NCBI GenBank assembly: GCA_964495425.1
Contig: CAZBVG010000004.1
Coordinates: 63,633-127,632, forward strand
Reading direction: 5' to 3'
DNA length: 64,000 nucleotides
From: an uncultured Candidatus Saccharibacteria bacterium
GTDB lineage: Bacteria > Patescibacteriota > Minisyncoccia > Phycocordibacterales > UBA6065
Shown here: positions 56,917 to 64,000 of the stretch, in pieces
How positions within the stretch are numbered: position 1 is the stretch's first letter
How the letters are laid out: each line of letters opens with the position of its first letter
Translations under genes and position numbers: made by a program
Notes under the pieces: model-generated
What the model saw: the letters and a program-made list of their open reading frames with translations, nothing else
Database searches by the model: none
Told to the model about the DNA's origin: nothing

Positions 56917-57030
56917 ATAATTTTAATAATAGTTCCAACTAGAAGACTTTGAGAGAATAATGCCTCTAAAAGCCTTTAAAGGCGCCTCTGCGGCCCTCTA
57001 CAGAGAGAAGACGTGTGAGACGTCTAATTC

Positions 57031-57909
57031 TTACGAGATCCTCCTCCCGTGCGCCATTTCAGCCGAGAGTATTAGATTATCAAATAAAGAGAGTACCGTC
57101 ATTGGGCCAACACCTCCGGGAACTGGGGAAATTGCTGAAACGAGGGGAGATACAGAGGCAAACTGAACATCGCCTACGAGGCGTTGTTTCGGAAGCTCCT
57201 CTTCAAGTTTTTTACCCGAGATACTGTTGATACCCACATCAATGACGATTGCGCCCGAGTGTATGTATGAAGCATCAATACATTCTGGTTTACCAATTGC
57301 GACAATAACAATGTCAGCTTTTCGTGAGATCTCCTGAGGGTTTGGAGTTTGAGAGTGGCAAACAAACACGGTAGCTCCTTTATGTTTGAGGAGTTCGGCT
57401 GTGGGATGGCCCACAAGCCTAGAACGGCCAAAGACAGCCACGGTTTTGCCTTTTGGATTGATGTTATAGAAATCCATAAGCAAGCTAACGCCTTTTGCGG
57501 TCGCCGGAATAAACTGAGGTTTTCCGATCGAGAGCAAGTGCTGGTTGGTATCCGTGAGACCGTCAACATCTTTTTGTGGGTCAATGCATTCGATGAGTGT
57601 GGCTTTATTGAGATGCGCAGGAATAGGGAGTTGAATGATAATGCCGTGGACGTCGGTGCGTGCATTGAGAGCGGCTATGTGTGAGCGAACATCTGCTTCT
57701 GATGTTGTTTCTGCAAGGTGAATATGTTCGACGAGAGCGCCGATTGAAGCTGCAAACTTTTTCTTTTGCTCGATGTAAATTGCTGATTCAGCATTGTTTC
57801 CAATGTGAATGAGGGCAAGCAGGGGCTTTGAGGAAAGTCTCGTAAGACGATCTATGAGCTGTGTTTTGTAAAAATCACGAGCGCGTTTTCCGTCGAGAAT
57901 CAGTGTCAT
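57031..57909 (-). CDS. folD: Methylene-THF dehydrogenase/cyclohydrolase
   Basis: GIIIQLP, KDVDGL, GRS..VG.P, IDVGIN, PVPGGVGPMT. Confidence 0.96.
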   Translation of the reverse strand: MTLILDGKRARDFYKTQLIDRLTRLSSKPLLALIHIGNNAESAIYIEQKKKFAASIGALVEHIHLAETTSEADVRSHIAALNARTDVHGIIIQLPIPAHLNKATLIECIDPQKDVDGLTDTNQHLLSIGKPQFIPATAKGVSLLMDFYNINPKGKTVAVFGRSRLVGHPTAELLKHKGATVFVCHSQTPNPQEISRKADIVIVAIGKPECIDASYIHSGAIVIDVGINSISGKKLEEELPKQRLVGDVQFASVSPLVSAISPVPGGVGPMTVLSLFDNLILSAEMAHGRRIS

Positions 57910-57952
57910 GGACGTGACTATAGCATGGCTCTAAAGCGCAGTCACTGGAGGC

Positions 57953-58507
57953 CTAGAGTGAGCGAGCGACGAGCCAGATGGCGATAATACCAAGAGTGTT
58001 GAAGGTGTATGAAATGAGAATAAAGCGTTTTGTAGAAATTTTAGACATTCCCACAAGTGCGAGACCGAGCTCATCGGGCAGTGGTGATGCGATGACAATC
58101 GCTCCAACAAAAGCGAGTGACCAGCGAATAAATCGATAACGAAATATATGTCGAATACGACGCGATTTGGAATGCGATAGCAGGAAACTTATATCTTGGG
58201 ACACATGACCCTTTACGAAGCTAAAGATGATGAGGTCACCGAGTACAGACCCGAGCGCGCCGATGAGCGCAACAGCTACAGGAGGGAATACGAGCGTGAG
58301 CTTTGCAAGGACAACGATTGCGGGCGCTGTCGTGAATGCCGAGGTAAAAAATAATCCTGCTACGAATGCGCCTAGAATGTAGTAACCCTCGACGTGTGCC
58401 AAAAGATCGTCTATCAGTCCTGAGCGTACCAAAAGAAGAGCAACAATAATTGATATAACCACTACACCTATATCCCGAATGATTCTGCCGCGAGCTTTTT
58501 GTTCCAT
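57953..58507 (-). CDS. VTT/DedA-like membrane protein
   Basis: FFTSAFTTAPA, GSVLGD, ASPLPDELG; TAGAAT 7 nt before the MEQK start. Confidence 0.7.
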   Translation of the reverse strand: MEQKARGRIIRDIGVVVISIIVALLLVRSGLIDDLLAHVEGYYILGAFVAGLFFTSAFTTAPAIVVLAKLTLVFPPVAVALIGALGSVLGDLIIFSFVKGHVSQDISFLLSHSKSRRIRHIFRYRFIRWSLAFVGAIVIASPLPDELGLALVGMSKISTKRFILISYTFNTLGIIAIWLVARSL

Positions 58508-58568
58508 GGGGTACATTCTAGCAAATTATTGCAAACGAAAAGCCACTCGAGTGAGTGGCTTTTGTGAA

Positions 58569-59225
58569 TTAGAGGGTGATTTCCTTTGCTGGATTGAAGA
58601 TTCCGTCCTCTGCAATGAAGATCTTTGTGCGAGGAACAGAAGGGGTAGCTGACATTGGTTCGCCCTTATCTCGATCGAGGTAGCTTACTGAAACTACCGC
58701 CTGAGCCTTGCCGCCATTGTCGGTTACGGTATCTACTCGGATACCAGTAATGCTTACGCGGTCTCCAACGAGAGCGTATGACTTATCAGTCAAAGCGCTA
58801 CCAGAGTCCTCGAACAAGACGATGTACTGGAATACACCTGAGCCACCTGAATTAACTGCAAGTGAGGTAACAACAAATTTTGCGCCACCAACTTCTTTTT
58901 CTACTGCGATATCACCAAGGGTGAGGGTACCTTTTACGTTACCTTCGCTGAACTTTGCTGTTCCGTTCTGGAGAGCAACGCGAGCTCCGCTTTCAGAAGC
59001 TGAAACAGAAGCGCTCTTGAGTCTTCCGAGGAGGGAAGTGTCAGTAGAGTCCTTGGTAACTGGAGCGTAGTCCTCCTTGGTTGCACCTGAAGGAGTCTCT
59101 GTTGTTGTCTCTGTACCTGTATTTTCTGTATTTGTAGCTGGGGTGCCTGCGCCTTTGAACGCCATGACAGCGATCACGACAACGACAACCAAGATCACAA
59201 ACACTGCAATGCCTTTCTTATTCAT
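58569..59225 (-). CDS. Single-TM extracellular beta protein (paralog of 61221)
   Basis: TM, Thr-rich linker, NSGGSGVFQY, GDRV, YL.R..GEPMS..P. Confidence 0.75.
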   Translation of the reverse strand: MNKKGIAVFVILVVVVVIAVMAFKGAGTPATNTENTGTETTTETPSGATKEDYAPVTKDSTDTSLLGRLKSASVSASESGARVALQNGTAKFSEGNVKGTLTLGDIAVEKEVGGAKFVVTSLAVNSGGSGVFQYIVLFEDSGSALTDKSYALVGDRVSITGIRVDTVTDNGGKAQAVVSVSYLDRDKGEPMSATPSVPRTKIFIAEDGIFNPAKEITL

Positions 59226-59272
59226 ATGAATTATTAACTACTGTCAGTAAAATTGACTCGGCCATTGTAACA

Positions 59273-60352
59273 CTAGATGGTCTCAACCTCAATATCTTCT
59301 TTACCATCAGAAATAGCGACGGTGAAGTTAAGTCTGCCTAAAAGTTGTCCTCGTGGTGACGCTACATCCACTCGCCACAGTCCTGGAAACATATTTTCTT
59401 TTACAGAATAAGTTCGGAAACCTCCTTCACGGCCTCCGGTTATGGAGAGGCGAACTGTGTTTGCGGTTGTCCATGATTTGTCTTTCGTATCGTAGTACTG
59501 CCAGTTATGAATGACATCTGTTTTGAGATTTGTGGGCGCAAAAATTGCAGTGACGGCATAGAGAGGTTGGCCCGGTACCATATGAATGACTGGGTCAGAA
59601 GAGAACAGGTTGAACCACTCCTGATTTTCTCCGAATGCGTGGTATGTTCCGTCGGGAAGTTTAATGAGCGATCGATAGATGCCCGCTTCCTTAAGTGCGA
59701 GAGGGATTGGGGGAATAAGATTGGTGAAGTAGAGGGTATTTATGACACCAAAAATGACAAAGATAAGAAGGGTAAAGAAAGGTGCGCTTCGTTTGGTGCG
59801 CTGCGGTGCAAACCACGAGAGCATGTAGACAAAGAGCCCGGTAATGATAAGGCACGTAATACCCGTAATGATAAAGATAGAGTCACCCATCTTGCCTAAA
59901 ATGATCGGGAGGAAAAAGATGAGATACGAGAAAAGGGCGGTAAAGAAAACGGCTATTTGAAAGCTTAAACGGAGATAATTTTTACGAAGGATTTCGTTTC
60001 CAATAATGTAGCCCACAATAAGGAGCAAGAAAGGCCAACTCGAAGTAATAGTTCCACTTCGAGAATAAAAGAGGAAGGATGCGCTGAAAAGACCTCCGAG
60101 ACAAAACTGCATCATGAATATAAGTATCAAGTGCACAATTCCTGAATGTTCAGCTTCATATTTTGTCTGACGGATATTAAGAAGGACGATCGAGAGTGCT
60201 GAGATAATGAGATAAGAAATCAAAAGCGCATTCGAAAAGAACACGTCGATGCGACGAAGCATTAAGTTGTCGAATATGAAGCCGCCGACGACCGTTACCG
60301 GAGATACATAGCGCTCATATTTTGTGAAAAAGGGTAGTACCTTATCAAGCAT
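59273..60352 (-). CDS. DUF2914-domain membrane protein
   Basis: Multiple TMs; IPPIPL, AIFAP, GGREGGFRTYS, GLWRVDV. Confidence 0.82.
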   Translation of the reverse strand: MLDKVLPFFTKYERYVSPVTVVGGFIFDNLMLRRIDVFFSNALLISYLIISALSIVLLNIRQTKYEAEHSGIVHLILIFMMQFCLGGLFSASFLFYSRSGTITSSWPFLLLIVGYIIGNEILRKNYLRLSFQIAVFFTALFSYLIFFLPIILGKMGDSIFIITGITCLIITGLFVYMLSWFAPQRTKRSAPFFTLLIFVIFGVINTLYFTNLIPPIPLALKEAGIYRSLIKLPDGTYHAFGENQEWFNLFSSDPVIHMVPGQPLYAVTAIFAPTNLKTDVIHNWQYYDTKDKSWTTANTVRLSITGGREGGFRTYSVKENMFPGLWRVDVASPRGQLLGRLNFTVAISDGKEDIEVETI

Positions 60353-60360
60353 GAATCTTA

Positions 60361-60846
60361 TTATTGCACGCTTTCAGTCGTAGAAGCTGCGGTTGAGGTT
60401 GCTGCTGCGGGACTTGGTGCTTTGCAAGCGTATTTTTTATTCAAAGCATCAATAGTATTGTTGTTAACTTCTCCCGTTATTGCAATATCACTTTTTTCTT
60501 GGAAGTTACGGACAGCTGTTTGAGTTGAAGGACCATAATAGGCGGTGAGATAAACATTTCCACCGGTTTCCTCATTTGGATCTATGTAGAGACCTTCATT
60601 TTTGAGGGCGGTTTGGAGCGCTTTTACTTCAATAGGGTAATACGTAACGCCACCTGGGCCAACAATGCCTTCATTTGAAGCATTCTTGAAATCTTTTTTG
60701 TCACCGAATTGAGTGTTGTAGGTAAAGGTAAAGCAGAAGCCAGATGTGAACGGCTTGAAGTAAAGGAGGGACGCTGTGAGGATGACTACAATCGAAACAA
60801 AAATGATGAGAGTTTTCTGACCTGGAGTAAGAGTGTGTGATTCCAT
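60361..60846 (-). CDS. Peptidoglycan-binding domain protein
   Basis: TM; EVKALQTAL, YYGPST..AV..FQ, TGEV...T...LN. Confidence 0.8.
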   Translation of the reverse strand: MESHTLTPGQKTLIIFVSIVVILTASLLYFKPFTSGFCFTFTYNTQFGDKKDFKNASNEGIVGPGGVTYYPIEVKALQTALKNEGLYIDPNEETGGNVYLTAYYGPSTQTAVRNFQEKSDIAITGEVNNNTIDALNKKYACKAPSPAAATSTAASTTESVQ

Positions 60847-60924
60847 ATAGATATATATTAAGTGCCCCTAGAGAATACCAGAGAAGAAAATAAAGACAAT
60901 CGAAGTTCTCCTGTTCTGAGAATT

Positions 60925-61212
60925 TTATTCAGTTGCGGAGACTTTTGTGAGCTTGCTTAGAGGTAAGACATTTCCCGCAGAAGTTACAAATACATTTCGC
61001 TTCATCTTTTCTTCAGATGCTGTGCATAGGTATTCAACCTCGGCCTGGTATCCAAAAGGGAGTCGCTTTGAAGAAATAACATCATTAAATGTGCATGTTC
61101 CGTCTTGTTTTGATGCTGCTTCGAGCTGCTTGTACGTATAGGCATTATCCATCCATGGTGCCCAAGCGAATACTATGGCCGCGCCAAATAAAAGGGTGAC
61201 GATTGTTTTCAT
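60925..61212 (-). CDS. Small exported hypothetical protein
   Basis: Hydrophobic N-terminus, WAPW, Cys pair. Confidence 0.65.
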   Translation of the reverse strand: MKTIVTLLFGAAIVFAWAPWMDNAYTYKQLEAASKQDGTCTFNDVISSKRLPFGYQAEVEYLCTASEEKMKRNVFVTSAGNVLPLSKLTKVSATE

Positions 61213-61220
61213 ATGGTTGG

Positions 61221-61892
61221 TTACTTAATCTTTTCGATTTCTGGAGCTCCCACAACTGGCTTGATTACTACTGTTGTTGGTACAGAAGGAACAGCGGATG
61301 CTGGATCGGTTTGTTTTTTCTGGAGGTAATATACGAGAATTTCTGAGTCGTTTGAATTGATTTTGACTGATTGCATGGTAATTCCTTGATCGATAGCAAC
61401 CATGTTTGATGTTTTGTATCCATCCTCAGGAGTACTCATACCAGCTACAAGGTAGTAAAGATTTTTGGTGTTTTTATTTTGACGAGTGTAGAGCGCAACA
61501 ACATCTGCCTTCTTGTCTCCGTTTATGTCTCCCACGGTTTCGTATCCTGCATACGAAATAGTTTCATTATTTGAAGGATCGCCGGCAGTAATAACGGCAA
61601 ATCCGTTTACTACTTTGACCTGTCTGCCGTCTACGATAACCCATGTATTTTTAAGGTCATACGGAGATTTGGTAACAACGGGTTGAGATGTGGCTGGTTT
61701 CGGTGTTGTTGTTTTTGGTTGCGATACAACAGGAGTAGGAGCAGTAGTTTTTTCTGTGTCTGTTGTGACAACAGGTGTTTCTTCTGTGAGTGCAGTGTCA
61801 GTTGGTGCAGGCTTGTTTTTAAAGAGTACAAGACCAATCAAAATAATGAGTAAAACTATGATAAGTACCGTCGGCTTTTTGTTGCTTTCCAT
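61221..61892 (-). CDS. Single-TM extracellular beta protein (paralog of 58569)
   Basis: TM, P/T linker, GDINGDKKAD, YLQKKQTDPASAVPSVP. Confidence 0.75.
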   Translation of the reverse strand: MESNKKPTVLIIVLLIILIGLVLFKNKPAPTDTALTEETPVVTTDTEKTTAPTPVVSQPKTTTPKPATSQPVVTKSPYDLKNTWVIVDGRQVKVVNGFAVITAGDPSNNETISYAGYETVGDINGDKKADVVALYTRQNKNTKNLYYLVAGMSTPEDGYKTSNMVAIDQGITMQSVKINSNDSEILVYYLQKKQTDPASAVPSVPTTVVIKPVVGAPEIEKIK

Positions 61893-61913
61893 ATACATAA
61901 AGTATAACACCGC

Positions 61914-62687
61914 TTACGTGCGGGCGTCTGGTTCTTTATGTATAAGCGCGATAATGATAAATGAAAAAATAAGGAGCATGTACCATGACGTAAACATGTG
62001 AAATGTGACCGGGTGCCATTCAGTTGCTTGGTGTGGATAGATCCAAACGCGGGCAAAGGTACCTATTTGTTCAGCCAACCAGACAAATGAGGCGAGCAAA
62101 GCATTCGTGAATAATGGGTGAAATGTATACCACGTATGTGTAAGTTGGACGCGTAGTTTTGTGTTCCAAAAGAGAGCAATCAGAATACCAAAAATAACCC
62201 ACCGCATATCTGGTATGTAATGGTTTGCAAAAAAGTTGGCGTAAATCAAAAGACCTACAAACGCCAGGGATATTTTATGAGGAAGATGTATGAATGTGAA
62301 TTTGTTTATTCTCCACGCGCGAGCCATATAGGAACCTACTGATGAATACAAAAATCCGGTAAAGAGAGGGACGGTGCCTATAGCAAAAAGCGCTGGTTCT
62401 GGGTATGCCCACGAGCCGACGGCAGGGGATGTCTTGAAGATTTCCATTCCCATTGCACATATATGAAATACAATGATGGCGACTACTTCTCGAGGTGTCT
62501 CAAGCTTTGAGAGGATCAAAACAATCTGAACGACTATGGCGATAAGAAACAGGAGGTCGTATCTGTAGATACCTGGTACAGAAACATACTTTGTTGCCAG
62601 GAGAAAAAAGAGCATCAGTCCACCAAAGAGGGAACATGACGCTTGTTTTTTGATAAAAATGTAGAATTCTTTGATAAATGAAGCCAT
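61914..62687 (-). CDS. DUF817 family membrane protein
   Basis: KQASCSLF, RYD, MEIFK, W.YPE, VPLFTGF.Y..VGSY, W.YP.Q. Confidence 0.85.
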   Translation of the reverse strand: MASFIKEFYIFIKKQASCSLFGGLMLFFLLATKYVSVPGIYRYDLLFLIAIVVQIVLILSKLETPREVVAIIVFHICAMGMEIFKTSPAVGSWAYPEPALFAIGTVPLFTGFLYSSVGSYMARAWRINKFTFIHLPHKISLAFVGLLIYANFFANHYIPDMRWVIFGILIALFWNTKLRVQLTHTWYTFHPLFTNALLASFVWLAEQIGTFARVWIYPHQATEWHPVTFHMFTSWYMLLIFSFIIIALIHKEPDART

Positions 62688-62728
62688 GCGGGAGGGGTCT
62701 ATCTATAATCGTGCTGTATTGGAAAAAG

Positions 62729-62983
62729 TTACGCTCGATGAGGGCAGCCGGCCCAGCAGCATGGTCGTCGTTTTCCTTCCTTTAATTCAGAGACAAGTCT
62801 TTTGATGTGATGAGCTCTTGTTTCTTCCTTTTTAACGGATGTGGTCCAACATATCCATTCATTACGAGCGAGTGGGGTGATGTCTTCCCATGCAAGAAGG
62901 GCTGCTTTGTCAGAAGCGAGCGCGTTATGCATATCACTCGGGAGAGTGTGAACCGTACCTTTTGAAATAGTATGAGTTGTCAT
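62729..62983 (-). CDS. YdeI/OmpD-associated family protein
   Basis: LP.D...AL, W..ITPLARNEWICW, GKRRPCCW.GC. Confidence 0.85.
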   Translation of the reverse strand: MTTHTISKGTVHTLPSDMHNALASDKAALLAWEDITPLARNEWICWTTSVKKEETRAHHIKRLVSELKEGKRRPCCWAGCPHRA

Positions 62984-63027
62984 AAGTAAATCCTACAATA
63001 AATTATGAATTTTGATATCATAACCAC

Positions 63028-63582
63028 ATGGAACATCACGCATCTTCAATACCAGTTTCTGACGAATTACCAGAGATTTCACTACGACTTGAGCATTACG
63101 ACGACATATTTTCAGACTTTGATATGCGGCCGTATTCACGACGAGCCCTTTCAATTGATTTTTTAGGTGAAATAAAACGAGCGTCGCATGATAAATCGGG
63201 ACATGTGGAACTTGTGCTCTATGTACCTGAGAAGGATCGTAGTGAATCACACGAAACCACGATACGAGAGAGATTGTTTGCGCATTTCAAGAAGCATCAC
63301 CACCTCTTGGCACAGGATCGAAGCAGGATACTGCGATTTGGTTTGAGTATGGTTACGCTCGGTATTATTTCTATGGTTGGTGCAGCGCTTATCCATTTCC
63401 ATTCTGATAAGGAAAACTTGCTCACATCATTCCTTTTGGTGTTTCTTGAACCTGCAGCGTGGTTTCTTTTGTGGGAGGGAATGGACCAGATTATTTTTGA
63501 GTCAAAGCGCATTAACCCAGAGCTTATTTTCTACCGAAAGATGTCCTCAACTCACGGACACATTCACTTTAAGTCGTATTAG
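63028..63582 (+). CDS. Two-TM hypothetical protein
   Basis: YDDIFSDFD.RP..R.LS.DF; C-terminal TMs with W...W. Confidence 0.75.
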   Translation: MEHHASSIPVSDELPEISLRLEHYDDIFSDFDMRPYSRRALSIDFLGEIKRASHDKSGHVELVLYVPEKDRSESHETTIRERLFAHFKKHHHLLAQDRSRILRFGLSMVTLGIISMVGAALIHFHSDKENLLTSFLLVFLEPAAWFLLWEGMDQIIFESKRINPELIFYRKMSSTHGHIHFKSY

Positions 63583-63598
63583 ACTACTCGGCTCGCTT

Positions 63599-63853
63599 TT
63601 AGCCTGTTGCGAGAATCACCCAAATCAGTGCAAATATAAGAAAGACTGCTGTACCGAGGATGAATCGGTATGCCGGTTTTACTATTCGCTGTGTCGCTAG
63701 TCGAATACTTAGGCTCATAACGACAAAGAATGTCCACGCAAACAGAAAGTCGTGCCATGTCCAGTTCCAACCATCAACAAAGGTATTGCCGAGAAGGGGA
63801 ATGATAAGGGCAGCTGCTGACCACAGCATGATTTTTACAATTGGTTTTTTCAT
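63599..63853 (-). CDS. Small three-TM hypothetical protein
   Basis: IPL...WNWT..DF...LIWV.LA.G; TATAGT 6 nt before ATG. Confidence 0.7.
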   Translation of the reverse strand: MKKPIVKIMLWSAAALIIPLLGNTFVDGWNWTWHDFLFAWTFFVVMSLSIRLATQRIVKPAYRFILGTAVFLIFALIWVILATG

Positions 63854-63894
63854 ACGAATACTATAATCACCGTTAGTGTGGAATAGTTTCAGGT

Positions 63895-63999
63895 CTATCG
63901 AGAAGAATCAATTTCTGCCTGAAAACCTCCATAACAGAAGCGTTTGCCATCAAATGGCATTGCCATGTTTTGCATTTCCGGGCTATTCATTTCGGGGTC
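63895..63999 (-). CDS. DUF1428 (YbaA-like) protein, C-terminal fragment at the window edge
   Basis: Hand translation DPEMNSPEMQNMAMPFDGKRFCYGGFQAEIDSSR*. Confidence 0.75.
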   Translation of the reverse strand, partial: DPEMNSPEMQNMAMPFDGKRFCYGGFQAEIDSSR

Positions 64000-64000
64000 G

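Noticed and set aside
1-64000. Alternative genetic code (TGA recoding as in Gracilibacteria/Absconditabacteria)
   Set aside because: Conserved genes are full length under code 11 and Gly/Trp positions use standard codons

Overview
Origin-proximal 64 kb of a small-genome bacterium, most likely Patescibacteria/CPR (Parcubacteria-like). The taxon is inferred from gene content: FKBP-less trigger factor, PrgI/VirB4/VirB6/pilin cluster, GWAWS-repeat and S74 surface proteins, many leaderless-type promoters. The window holds the ponA | dnaN-oriC-dnaA | rpmH-rnpA-yidC core. A ~12 kb relaxase-less T4SS-like cluster follows, then housekeeping/DNA genes (rsmA, pcrA, comM, xer, xth, cca, yraN, hup, rny, clpP, tig, ppa, nusA) and four tRNAs. 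Further right are a 6-gene secreted/Cys-rich surface operon with nearby glycosylation and DsbA genes, a PilB/GspE ATPase, folD and small membrane proteins. Best leads: (1) an unassigned ~340-nt structured RNA with its own promoter, terminator and alternative pairings; (2) a 31-35 kb hub of parS-like palindromes, extra DnaA boxes and a repeated TGTCYTT motif; (3) the origin-adjacent T4SS-like machine; (4) the Cys-rich/S74/glycosyltransferase surface operon. All calls come from reading motifs by eye; no database search or folding program was run.
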